64,000 nucleotides of DNA, from the NCBI GenBank assembly GCA_902780395.1, contig CACZFH010000014.1, positions 5,160-69,159 of the forward strand, given 5' to 3'. Under the pieces are notes generated by a model that was not told where the DNA came from, did no database searches, and saw only the letters and a program-made list of their open reading frames with translations. Below, piece by piece: positions 19,221-28,187 of this stretch. How positions within the stretch are numbered: the first letter of the stretch is position 1; each line of letters starts with the position of its first letter. The translations under genes were made by a program, and so were the position numbers. Source of the DNA: an uncultured Erysipelotrichaceae bacterium (GTDB lineage Bacteria; Bacillota_I; Bacilli_A; RF39; UBA660).

Positions 19221-20642
19221 ATGGCAAGTAGTGGTTCATTCAATACAAGTGCATATAGTGTAAGATATTTAGTATTTAGTTGGAGCATAGCATCACAGGA
19301 TATTGCAAATAATAGGACAACAATAAACTGGTCATTAAAGGGTGCTGGTGGTTCAACTACATCTTGGTATAAAGCAGGTAACTTTAAAGTAGTTATAAAT
19401 GGAAGTACAGTATATGAAACAGGACAAGATGATAGAATTACTCTTTATGGTGATACGGTTGTTGCAACAGGACAAGCGACAATAGGACATAACTCTGATG
19501 GTACGAAATCTTTTAGTGCGAGTGCTGAGGCTGGTATTTATACTTATGCAAGAAATGTCAGTGGTAGTGGTTCGTGGTCTTTAACGAGTATACCAAGACA
19601 GGCTAACTTGACATCAGCACCTGACTTTAATGATGAACAAAATCCATCGATAGGTTATTCAAATCCTGCAGGGAATAGTGTATCTAACTTGGATGCTTGT
19701 ATCTCACTAACAGGATCAAGAGATGATATTGCATATAGAGGTATTTCTAAAACTGGCTCGTCTTATACATTTAATTTAACAGAGACTGAAAGGAATGTTT
19801 TAAGAAATGCCTGCACAACAAGTAATAGTAGAAGTGTTATTTTTTATGTTAGAACGATAATAGGTGGAAACACATTCTATTCAACAATAACAAAGACACT
19901 TTCGATAATTAATGGGAATCCAACCTTTTCATCAAGTAATGTTTCATATAAGGATAACAATAGTACAACAACAGCAGTTACAGGAAATAATCAGCATATG
20001 GTTCAGAGTTTATCAAAGTTATTAGTTACAATAACAAGTGCAACCGCAAAGAAAGGTGCAAGTATTACTAAATATGATGCAACAATAAATAATGTGACTA
20101 AAAGCATAACCAGTGCAGGTAATATCGACTTTGGAACAATTAATTCATCTAGCAATTTAACATTGTCCGTAAAAGTAACAGATAGTAGAGGTAATACAAC
20201 TACAGCTACTAAAACTGTTACTTTTTTAGCATGGTCGTTGCCTACTGCTGTAATATCTTTGAAAAGAAAAAATAACTATGAAAATGAAACGTATTTAAAA
20301 GTAAATGCATCTTATTCAAGCGTTAATTCTAAAAATACGCTTACAATTAAATATCAATTTAAGAAAACAACGGATAGTTCTTACTCATCATTAACTACAA
20401 TAAATAATAATACTCAAATAACAATATCAAAAGATAAGAACTATGCGTGGGATTTCAAGATAGTATTAACTGATGCTTTTGGAACAACAACTTATAATTT
20501 AACATTAGCAAAAGGAAAATTTATTTTATTTGTTGATACTAAAAAACTATCAGTTGGAGTCAATTGCTTTCCATCGAATAGTGAATCATTAGAAGTTAAT
20601 GGATGCCAAGTATTAGAGTATGATGTTATTTCAAGTTGGTAG
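19221..20642 (+). CDS. Tail fibre / receptor-binding protein candidate (DUF859-like N-terminus)
   Basis: Its position after Tal supports the call. It is rich in Ser/Thr/Asn and looks beta-rich. The N-terminal pattern is YLVFSWSIASQDIANNRTTINWSL. Confidence 0.45.
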   Translation: MASSGSFNTSAYSVRYLVFSWSIASQDIANNRTTINWSLKGAGGSTTSWYKAGNFKVVINGSTVYETGQDDRITLYGDTVVATGQATIGHNSDGTKSFSASAEAGIYTYARNVSGSGSWSLTSIPRQANLTSAPDFNDEQNPSIGYSNPAGNSVSNLDACISLTGSRDDIAYRGISKTGSSYTFNLTETERNVLRNACTTSNSRSVIFYVRTIIGGNTFYSTITKTLSIINGNPTFSSSNVSYKDNNSTTTAVTGNNQHMVQSLSKLLVTITSATAKKGASITKYDATINNVTKSITSAGNIDFGTINSSSNLTLSVKVTDSRGNTTTATKTVTFLAWSLPTAVISLKRKNNYENETYLKVNASYSSVNSKNTLTIKYQFKKTTDSSYSSLTTINNNTQITISKDKNYAWDFKIVLTDAFGTTTYNLTLAKGKFILFVDTKKLSVGVNCFPSNSESLEVNGCQVLEYDVISSW

Positions 20643-20651
20643 GAGGTATCT

Positions 20652-21071
20652 ATGAGTAAAGCTATTCAATTAAAAAATAGGTCTGGAGAAAAAATATATC
20701 CTTGTCCTTATTATCCAGTTGGAAGTATTTATTTATCTGTTAATAGCACAAATCCAAGTACTATATTTGGCGGATCATGGGAGCAAATAAAAGATAGATT
20801 TCTACTAGCCTGTGGGAGTACATATTCTAATGGAAGTACTGGTGGAGAAAGTACTCATAAATTAACCATTGATGAAATGCCTTCTCATAATCATGGAGTT
20901 GGTTCTAGAGATCCAAGTGCTCATTTATCTCCTAGTGGTAGTGCAATTGGTGCAGAATATCTTGGAAACTATACATATAGTTCGTTTTCAACTTCATACA
21001 CAGGTGGAAGTAAAGCTCATAATAATATGCCACCTTATTTAGCAGTTTATGTGTGGAAGAGGGTGTCATAG
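20652..21071 (+). CDS. Baseplate/fibre accessory protein, shared MSK N-terminal module (copy 1)
   Basis: MSKAIQLKNRSGEKIYPCPYYPVGSIYLSVNSTNPSTIFGGSWEQI, then GGESTHKLTIDEMPSHNHG, which is tail-collar-like. Confidence 0.5.
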   Translation: MSKAIQLKNRSGEKIYPCPYYPVGSIYLSVNSTNPSTIFGGSWEQIKDRFLLACGSTYSNGSTGGESTHKLTIDEMPSHNHGVGSRDPSAHLSPSGSAIGAEYLGNYTYSSFSTSYTGGSKAHNNMPPYLAVYVWKRVS

Positions 21072-21671
21072 ATGAGTAAGGGAATAAGATTTAAAAATAA
21101 AAATAATGAGCATATTTATCCATGTGCTTATATGCCAGTAGGTGCTATTTATAAATCTACTTCAAACACAAATCCTTCAACAATTTTTGATGGTACGTGG
21201 GCATTGGTTCATAGTGGATATGAGAGACAACAGATAGGGAGCCAAGTATTGCATCCAGGATTAAGTGGTACTGGAAATGTAGGAAAAACAAATATATTAG
21301 GTGCTTATGATTATTCTTTAATAAGCGGACTTTTTAGTAATATAGCAGTTCCTTCTGGATGCCATAAAGAATATAAATTAACCTTTCAAGGTAGAACTGG
21401 TGGAGATAATAAAATAACAATGTATATAAACAATATTGCAACTAACAGTATTGGAACGTGGTCATCAGAGACCTTTAGGTATATTGGTTCAAGTAAGTTT
21501 TTTAAGGAGTCAGAAATAACTTTAGAAACAACAATGGGATACTCAAGTCCAGGATGCAATCTTAAATATCAAGTGACGGGTTCATCAAATAACTGGAGTT
21601 TTTATAATGTAACGATTAGTGGATTTATAGTTACTGATGTACAAATATATACTTGGAGGAGAACGGCATGA
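21072..21671 (+). CDS. Fibre accessory protein, shared MSK N-terminal module (copy 2)
   Basis: MSKGIRFKNKNNEHIYPCAYMPVGAIYKSTSNTNPSTIFDGTW is paralogous to the N-terminus of the previous gene. The C-terminus is unrelated. Confidence 0.5.
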   Translation: MSKGIRFKNKNNEHIYPCAYMPVGAIYKSTSNTNPSTIFDGTWALVHSGYERQQIGSQVLHPGLSGTGNVGKTNILGAYDYSLISGLFSNIAVPSGCHKEYKLTFQGRTGGDNKITMYINNIATNSIGTWSSETFRYIGSSKFFKESEITLETTMGYSSPGCNLKYQVTGSSNNWSFYNVTISGFIVTDVQIYTWRRTA

Positions 21672-22195
21672 GTAAAGCTATAAAATTTAGAAATAATACG
21701 TACTTGGATACATCAAGTATCAGTCATAACAAACATAATTTTAAAGATAAATTTCAAGAAATTAAAATGAATACGGGAGTTATGAATAATAAAAATTGGG
21801 TAAAAATATGTAATTTTAAATTTGATAGTCATAATCAAGGGGAATTTGCATATTTTAAGATATTTATAGGTGCGGGAAATAATGGTAATACAAATCAAAA
21901 TGCCTATATTGATTTAATAATGCAGCTAGGATGGACTGGAAGTAATGAAGGTCGATTGGGTTGCAATGCAATACTGTATCCATTAGAAACATCGTTTAGT
22001 ACAAGTAATACTAATGTGAAAGTAATAAGCAAATCAAATATAGATTACGATTTATGGGTATATAGTACACAGACCTATTGTAAGCCTAATTATATTGCAA
22101 ATGTATCTGAAAGAGTTACAGTGACACCAAAATGGGAATTATCAGCAAGTGAACCATCAGGGACTTCGTGTAGTTTATCATACATTCAAAGATAG
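21668..22195 (+). CDS. Fibre-region protein sharing only the first ~10 residues (MSKAIKFRNN)
   Basis: ATGA overlap with the previous gene and RBS GGAGGAG. No recognisable domain. Confidence 0.45.
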   Translation: MSKAIKFRNNTYLDTSSISHNKHNFKDKFQEIKMNTGVMNNKNWVKICNFKFDSHNQGEFAYFKIFIGAGNNGNTNQNAYIDLIMQLGWTGSNEGRLGCNAILYPLETSFSTSNTNVKVISKSNIDYDLWVYSTQTYCKPNYIANVSERVTVTPKWELSASEPSGTSCSLSYIQR

Positions 22196-22206
22196 GAGGA
22201 AAATGA

Positions 22207-22602
22207 ATGAAATCAATTTTTAATTTTATAACAGGTACGGTACTGACAACAGTAGTGTACTTTTTAGGAGGCTTGGATGTGGCACTTAAAACATTGTTAG
22301 TTTTCATATTACTCGATTATATTACAGGAGTATGTGAGGCAATAACAAAGAAAAAGCTCAATAGCATCATTGGTGCTAAAGGAATAGTAAAGAAAATAGG
22401 TTACTTGATAATAGTTGCTCTATCGGTTCAGTTAGACAGAATAACTGGAGAAACTGGTGCAATTAGAACTCTTGTAATCTATTTTTTTGTAGCAAACGAA
22501 GGAATTTCAATTCTAGAGAATTGGGGCTCTATGGGGTTGCCACTACCTAAAGTAATCATTGAAACATTGGAACAATTAAAAAGTAAGAATGGAGGAGAAT
22601 AA
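22207..22602 (+). CDS. Holin (Phage_holin_4 / TcdE-like)
   Basis: Three predicted TM segments, LDYITGV...KKLNS...KKIGY pattern, directly before the endolysin. Confidence 0.75.
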   Translation: MKSIFNFITGTVLTTVVYFLGGLDVALKTLLVFILLDYITGVCEAITKKKLNSIIGAKGIVKKIGYLIIVALSVQLDRITGETGAIRTLVIYFFVANEGISILENWGSMGLPLPKVIIETLEQLKSKNGGE

Positions 22603-22603
22603 C

Positions 22604-23498
22604 ATGGAAAGAAAAGGTCTAGATATATCTTCATACCAAAGAGGAATCAACTTTGATGTAGTAAAGTCAAATGTTGATTTTTTAATTTTAAGAGCTGGTT
22701 TTACTGGTTGGGGTGGAGATGGCACTAATAAAAATAAAGATAATTGTTTTGAGGATTTTTACAATCAATCAAAAGCAAGAGGAATACCTAAGAGGAAAGC
22801 AATTTGAATATCCAATTTATATGGATGTTGAAGAAGATAGACACCAACAAGTAGGAAAATCAAGAATGGCAGATGCAATAAAAGGTTTCTGTGAATATTT
22901 AGAAAATAAAGGATACTATGTAGGTATTTATGCTAATAGTAATTACTTTAATAATTTCATAGATACTGCAAAATTATCTATGTATGATAAATGGCTTGCA
23001 GTATGGACTAGCAATAAGCCTTCATTTAAATATGGTGATTATGGTTTGTGGCAAAATTCATCAAGTGGTTATATTTCTGGAATGAGAGTTGATACAGATT
23101 ATGCATATAAAGATTATCCAACTATAATTAAAAAAGCTGGATTAAATGGTTATTTAAAAGGAACACCAGAAACTCCAAAAATCGAGCCAACAAAAAAGAG
23201 CAATGATGAAATTGCCACAGAAGTCATTAATGGAAATTGGGGTAATGGTGCTGATCGAAAAAATGCACTTACTAATGCGGGTTATGATTATGCTGTAATT
23301 CAATCAATAGTAAATGCTAGATTAGGAGTTACACCAAAACCATCTGCAAAATATCACACAGTAGTAAAGGGTGATACTTTATGGGCTATTGCTAAAAAAT
23401 ATTATGGTGATGGAAACAAATACCCAGAGATAGCAAGAGCTAATAATATAGCAAATCCAAACATCATAAGCGTAGGTCAAAAATTATTAATACCATAA
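22604..23498 (+). pseudogene. GH25 muramidase endolysin with CW_7 and LysM domains, disrupted by an internal deletion and frameshift
   Basis: The N-terminal part GLDISSYQRGINFDVVK...ARGIP ends at TGA 22805-22807. The rest (LRGKQFEYPIYMDVEED..., GNWGNGADRKNALTNAGYDYAVIQSIVN = CW_7, HTVVKGDTLWAIAKKY = LysM) is in another frame. The roughly 25-30 aa normally lying between GIP and FEYP in GH25 enzymes are missing. Confidence 0.6.
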
Positions 23499-23501
23499 CA
23501 A

Positions 23502-23534
23502 AAGGGCAGCTTATTCGCTGTCCTTATTTTTTTT
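23502..23534. terminator. Bidirectional terminator between the endolysin and the convergent gene
   Basis: 9-bp stem AAGGGCAGC/GCTGTCCTT (one G-U pair) followed by a T-run. Confidence 0.7.
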
Positions 23535-23855
23535 GCTCATTTTTTCAATGAACTCTCCATACTCGGTATAGTCTTCAAATAACTTTTTGTCTAATTCTTC
23601 AATGTCTTTTCTTGTGTAGTGAACTTTGTTTTCCCAATCACGATGTAAAGATTTAAAAAGTTTAGGAGGTTCACTTTGTTCTAACTCTGCTAAAAAATTA
23701 TGTCTTGATTTAATTTGTTCTTCTAATGCTTTGATGGAAATTTCGGTAAATTTATTATTTTGTATTTCCATTAAATCTAAAAGTTTTTTGTTTAAATCTT
23801 GTGATTCTTTTAGTGCTTCGATTAGCTCTTCTTTAGACAATTTTTCATAGTCCAT
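23511..23855 (-). CDS. Coiled-coil hypothetical protein (moron)
   Basis: Minus-strand ORF. Start trimmed to MDYEKLSKEEL, which has RBS AGGAG. No recognisable domain. Confidence 0.5.
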   Translation of the reverse strand: MDYEKLSKEELIEALKESQDLNKKLLDLMEIQNNKFTEISIKALEEQIKSRHNFLAELEQSEPPKLFKSLHRDWENKVHYTRKDIEELDKKLFEDYTEYGEFIEKMSKKNKDSE

Positions 23856-23978
23856 ACAATTACTCCTTTCCTTTTTTGCTTGATTCATAAATAGTATACC
23901 ATAAAAATGGAAATTCGGCACGGAAGGTCACTTATTTTTTGTAAAAAAAATGGAATAATATCTATTAGGGTGATTGAT

Positions 23979-24212
23979 ATGAAAGAATATAATTTCAATA
24001 AAAACATCAAGTCAGTCATATGCCAAAATATAAAAAAGTACAGAAACGAAAAGAATGTAAGACTGATGGATTTAGCTGAAGCTGTGGATGTAACTCCTGA
24101 TCATTTGAAAAGGATTGAATCTGAAAATGACAGAAACAATATATCATTAACAACCCTATATAAGATATCCATAGTTTTAGATGTCAGTATTGAAAAATTT
24201 TTTGAAGAATAA
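23979..24212 (+). CDS. XRE-family HTH transcriptional regulator
   Basis: IKKYRNEKNVRLMDLAEAVDVTPDHLKRIESE...ISLTTLYKISIVLDVSIEKFF is an HTH_3 pattern. Confidence 0.75.
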   Translation: MKEYNFNKNIKSVICQNIKKYRNEKNVRLMDLAEAVDVTPDHLKRIESENDRNNISLTTLYKISIVLDVSIEKFFEE

Positions 24213-24245
24213 AGAGATATGAAAGCAAAATCATATCTCTTTTAA
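24212..24245. terminator. Bidirectional terminator
   Basis: Perfect 11-bp stem AAGAGATATGA/TCATATCTCTT followed by TTT. Confidence 0.75.
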
Positions 24246-24512
24246 TTTTAATGGATTTTCTTCAACTATTTCTAATTTATACTTTTCTTTCAATATTTGT
24301 TTTATATCAGTGATAACTTTATCAGTATTTTCAAAATAGATATTGAAAACATCTGCTGCCGAATTAAAATGCTGTTTCAATGATGACGTGCCAAGAACAT
24401 CTAATGAATAACCTCTTGCCAGATAAAATGCAATATAAGGTGCTGCAACATTCTCTTCAATATAACGTTCGCAATCAAGCACAAATTTATTTTGATTTAT
24501 TTCATCATACAT
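24231..24512 (-). CDS. Hypothetical protein (93 aa)
   Basis: Minus-strand ORF with RBS GGAGGA 8 nt upstream and its own copy (D) of the conserved motif. Confidence 0.55.
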   Translation of the reverse strand: MYDEINQNKFVLDCERYIEENVAAPYIAFYLARGYSLDVLGTSSLKQHFNSAADVFNIYFENTDKVITDIKQILKEKYKLEIVEENPLKLKEI

Positions 24513-24534
24513 AAAATTAATCCTCCTAGCTTTT

Positions 24535-24567
24535 ATATATCACTCTTTCTTTATTAAAAGTCAAGTG
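24535..24567 (-). promoter_or_regulatory. Copy D of the conserved promoter-like element, minus strand
   Basis: The reverse complement reads CACTTGA-CTTTTAATAAAGAA-AGAGTGATATAT, ending 22 nt upstream of the start at 24512. Confidence 0.6.
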
Positions 24568-24647
24568 ATGATAAAAGCTATTTTTTTTTGTTTATAGGTT
24601 AAAAATCACATACTAATTTTTGACTGTTATTTAGGAGGTAATAGTCA

Positions 24648-25076
24648 ATGGATGAAATACAAAGACAAAAAATTAGAAAGTTAAGAAGTCAAGGATATGG
24701 GTATTTAAGAATATCATCTTTGCTAGAAATTTCTCCAAATACAATTAGATCCTTTTGTAAAAAGGAAAATATAGCAGGATACATTAAAACTGGAGAACAA
24801 TTAAAGGGAAAAGATAATCTCCAAGTGTGTAAACAATGTGGAAAGAAGTTCTATCAAATAGCAGGAAGAAAAAATAAAACTTTTTGTTCAGATAGTTGTT
24901 GTAAGGTTTATTGGACTCTTCATAAAGATAAGCAACGTAGGTTAATTCCTCAAAAGTATAACTGCATCATTTGCAATAAAGAATATTTTGAATATCCATC
25001 AAGGAATAGAAAGTATTGTTCCAGGGAGTGTTACTACATTAGCAAACGCAAGGTGGTGGACTCTGATGAAAATTAA
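24648..25076 (+). CDS. HTH (sigma-70 region-4-like) plus double zinc-ribbon protein, recombinase-associated
   Basis: The N-terminus IRKLRSQGYGYLRISSLLEISPNTIRSF is an HTH. Two motifs follow: CKQCG...FCSDSCC and CIICN...YCSRECY. It lies upstream of the serine recombinases. Confidence 0.55.
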   Translation: MDEIQRQKIRKLRSQGYGYLRISSLLEISPNTIRSFCKKENIAGYIKTGEQLKGKDNLQVCKQCGKKFYQIAGRKNKTFCSDSCCKVYWTLHKDKQRRLIPQKYNCIICNKEYFEYPSRNRKYCSRECYYISKRKVVDSDEN

Positions 25077-25230
25077 AAATGAAATAGCATATCAAATTAC
25101 AATGAATTATTTAAAAGATATGCTTGAAAAGAAGATTATTTCAATTGAAGAATACAATCAAATGATGGTTGAATTTAAAAAGAAATATACACCAAAAGTT
25201 AGTCATTTATTCTTTGAAATAGCCCAATAA
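25066..25230 (+). CDS. Small helical protein, recombinase-associated (possible directionality factor)
   Basis: MKIKNEIAYQITMNYLKDMLEKKIISIEEYNQMMVEFKKKYTPKV. Its start overlaps the previous stop, and it sits directly before the recombinase promoter copy. Confidence 0.45.
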   Translation: MKIKNEIAYQITMNYLKDMLEKKIISIEEYNQMMVEFKKKYTPKVSHLFFEIAQ

Positions 25231-25263
25231 CACTTGATATATACATCATTTAGAGTGATATAT
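25231..25263 (+). promoter_or_regulatory. Copy C of the conserved promoter-like element
   Basis: CACTTGA-TATATACATCATTT-AGAGTGATATAT, 22-25 nt upstream of the recombinase start codons. Confidence 0.6.
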
Positions 25264-25288
25264 AGTAATGGAAAATTGGAGGTGTATG

Positions 25289-26650
25289 ATGCGTAAAATA
25301 ACAAAATTAGAAACAAAAAAAATAGACCTTCCTAAACTTAAAAGAGTAGCTGCTTATGCAAGAGTATCAGTTGAAAGAGGTAGAACGCTACATTCTTATT
25401 CTGCTCAAGTTAGTTACTACAATGATTTAATACAAAAAAATCCTGAATGGGAGTTTGCAGGAGTTTATGCTGATTTAGGTATAAGCGGTACCGGTATCGA
25501 AAAGCGTAATGACTTTAAAAGGCTGTTACAAGATTGTGAGGAAGGCAAGATTGATATTATTCTTACAAAATCTGTTTCAAGGTTTGCTAGGAATACAGTG
25601 GATCTCTTAAATGTAGTAAGGCACTTAAAAGAATTAGGAATTGAAGTTAGATTTGAAAAAGAAGGCATCAATTCCTTAACAGGTGATGGAGAACTTATGC
25701 TTTCTATCCTTGCTTCATTCGCTCAAGAAGAGGTTATCTCAACAAGTAACAATATTAAATGGGCTATAAAAAAGAAATTTGAAAGTGGGAAACCTCAATG
25801 CAGATATAAGATATATGGGTATCGTTGGGATGGGGATAATTTAGTAATAGAACCTGAAGAAGCAAAAATAGTAAAGCTCATATTTCAAATGTATTTAAAT
25901 AAAGTATCGGCAGAACGAATGGAGATAGAACTTAAAAAGATGGGAGTGATTGCAACTAATGGTGGATATTTTAATATTGGAACTATTAGGGATATGCTTA
26001 AAAATATAACTTATACTGGAAACTTATTATTACAAAAATCTTATACACCAAATCCTTTGGTAAGAAGAAAAAAAGAAAATACTGGACAACTTCCAAAATA
26101 CTATGTTGAAAATAACCACGAGCCAATAATACCTTTGGAAATGTTTATGCAAGTTCAAGAAGAAAGAGAAAGAAGAAAAGCAGAAGGTCAAAGAGCTAAT
26201 TTTGGTAAAAATATAACTTGTTTTTCTTGCAGAGTTAAATGTCCAATATGTGGTAGGAATTATATGAGAAATTCAAGGTCTAAAAATTCTGATGGAATAA
26301 AAGCTCACATATGGACTTGTGGTACAAGATTAATAGGTGGATCAAAAGCCTGTCCTGGAAAAACTATAAATGAGATTGCATTAAAGAGAGTGTCAGCTAA
26401 AGTTCTTGGATTAGATGAATTTGACTCAAATGCATTTGATGAACAAATAGAAAAAGTAATTGTAGTTGGCGATGACCTGTTAGAATTTCATTTTAATGAT
26501 GGAAAAATAGTAAGTGAAAAATGGGAATATAATGCCAGAAAAGAATATTGGACTGAAGAAAAGAAAAAAGAGAGAGCAGAAAAGCTTAGAAAGATGTGGA
26601 GGGAGAAAAATGACAAAAAAAGTAACAACAATACCAGCATTATTAAATAA
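25289..26650 (+). CDS. Large serine recombinase 1
   Basis: VAAYARVS (nucleophile Ser), SVSRFARNTVD, a recombinase domain and the zinc ribbon CPICGRNY...HIWTC. The start is ATG 25286 or 25289; RBS GGAGG favours 25289. Confidence 0.85.
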   Translation: MRKITKLETKKIDLPKLKRVAAYARVSVERGRTLHSYSAQVSYYNDLIQKNPEWEFAGVYADLGISGTGIEKRNDFKRLLQDCEEGKIDIILTKSVSRFARNTVDLLNVVRHLKELGIEVRFEKEGINSLTGDGELMLSILASFAQEEVISTSNNIKWAIKKKFESGKPQCRYKIYGYRWDGDNLVIEPEEAKIVKLIFQMYLNKVSAERMEIELKKMGVIATNGGYFNIGTIRDMLKNITYTGNLLLQKSYTPNPLVRRKKENTGQLPKYYVENNHEPIIPLEMFMQVQEERERRKAEGQRANFGKNITCFSCRVKCPICGRNYMRNSRSKNSDGIKAHIWTCGTRLIGGSKACPGKTINEIALKRVSAKVLGLDEFDSNAFDEQIEKVIVVGDDLLEFHFNDGKIVSEKWEYNARKEYWTEEKKKERAEKLRKMWREKNDKKSNNNTSIIK

Positions 26651-28187
26651 GCAATCTACGAATCAGGTTGGAACAATAAAAAAGAGAAGAGTTGCTGCAT
26701 ATGCCAGAGTTTCAACAGACCAAGAAGAACAATTAACAAGTTATGAGGCACAGGTTGATTATTATACCAATTATATAAAATCAAGAGAAGATTGGGAATT
26801 TGTAGATGTTTATACTGATGAGGGTATAAGTGGAACATCTACAAAACATCGTGAAGGATTTAATAGGATGGTTAAATCTGCATTAGATGGTAACATCGAT
26901 TTAATCATTACAAAGTCTGTTTCAAGATTTGCTAGAAATACTGTAGATAGCTTAACAACCATAAGAAAACTAAAAGATATAGGGTGCGAATGTTATTTTG
27001 AAAAAGAAAACATCTGGACATTTGATGGTAAGGGAGAATTGTTGCTTACAATAATGAGTTCATTAGCTCAAGAAGAAAGTAGATCCATATCAGAGAATGT
27101 CAAATGGGGACACAGGAAAAGATTTGCCGATGGTAAAGTATCAGTGCCATTTAATAATTTCCTAGGCTATAAAAAAGGAGAAGATGGAAACCTTGTTATT
27201 GATGAAGAACAAGCAATGATTGTAAAAAGGATATATCGTGAATTTTTATCAGGGTCATCATCTGTTGCTATTGCAAAGGGACTAACAAATGATGGAATAG
27301 AGACTCCAGGACATAAACAAAAATGGTATGCTACAACTGTTAGGAGTATTCTTACCAACGAAAAATATAAAGGAGATGCGTTACTTCAAAAGCATTATAC
27401 TGTTGATTTCTTAACTAAAAAGCAAAAAATAAATAATGGAGAGGTACAACAATACTATGTTGAAAATAACCATCCAGCGATTATAGAACCAGATGTATTT
27501 GAGATGGTAAGATTAGAAATTGATAGACGATTAATGCTTAAGGGTAAGTATAGTGGAACTGATATTTTGACAGCGAAGATTAGATGTGGAGAATGTGGTG
27601 GTAGCTATGGAGCTAAAGTATGGCATTCAAATGATAAGTATAGAAGGGTAATGTATCAATGCAATAGTAAATACTCTGGAAAAGAGAAATGTAAAACACC
27701 CGCAATAAGGTCTGAAGATATCGAAAGCAGATTTGTAAATGTAGTTAATATATTAATTGAAAGTAAAGATGAGATAATTTCAAATTTAGAAAAAGTACTT
27801 GATAAGATATGTAACAAAAAAGAATTGCTAGAAGAAAAAGAAAAATTGGAAAATAGCCTAACGGAACAAGTAGAAAAAATACAAGACCTAATCGATATAA
27901 ATTCTAGAGTAGCACAAAATCAAGAAAAATATAAAAAAGAATATGATGCCTTAATAAAAAACTATGATGAAACTAAATGCAAGTTTGAACAACTAGAAAT
28001 TAAATTATCTCAACAAGCAGCTAAGCATCAGATGATAAAAGATTACATTAATACTTTAAAGAAACAAGAAAAGCTTTTGACAAAATTTGATGGTTTGGTT
28101 TGGGGAAGTTTGCTAGAAAGTGCGACAATTAAAGATAAGGATGTCATAGTATTTAGATTTAAAGATGGAACAGAAATAAATGGATAA
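26610..28187 (+). CDS. Large serine recombinase 2
   Basis: VAAYARVSTDQEEQLTSYEAQ, SVSRFARNTVDS, zinc ribbon CGECGGSY...YQC and a long C-terminal coiled coil. It overlaps recombinase 1 by 41 nt. RBS GGAGGGAG. Confidence 0.9.
   Translation: MTKKVTTIPALLNKQSTNQVGTIKKRRVAAYARVSTDQEEQLTSYEAQVDYYTNYIKSREDWEFVDVYTDEGISGTSTKHREGFNRMVKSALDGNIDLIITKSVSRFARNTVDSLTTIRKLKDIGCECYFEKENIWTFDGKGELLLTIMSSLAQEESRSISENVKWGHRKRFADGKVSVPFNNFLGYKKGEDGNLVIDEEQAMIVKRIYREFLSGSSSVAIAKGLTNDGIETPGHKQKWYATTVRSILTNEKYKGDALLQKHYTVDFLTKKQKINNGEVQQYYVENNHPAIIEPDVFEMVRLEIDRRLMLKGKYSGTDILTAKIRCGECGGSYGAKVWHSNDKYRRVMYQCNSKYSGKEKCKTPAIRSEDIESRFVNVVNILIESKDEIISNLEKVLDKICNKKELLEEKEKLENSLTEQVEKIQDLIDINSRVAQNQEKYKKEYDALIKNYDETKCKFEQLEIKLSQQAAKHQMIKDYINTLKKQEKLLTKFDGLVWGSLLESATIKDKDVIVFRFKDGTEING

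Noticed and set aside
22713-22790. MEMALIKIKIIVLRIF... as a genuine N-terminus of a second lysin gene
   Set aside because: This stretch is the out-of-frame overlap with the GH25 N-terminal segment. Homology to lysins begins only at about 22790 in this frame.
23979-24512. XRE regulator plus convergent 93-aa gene as a toxin-antitoxin pair
   Set aside because: The genes are convergent with a strong bidirectional terminator between them and are not co-transcribed. No toxin fold is recognisable.
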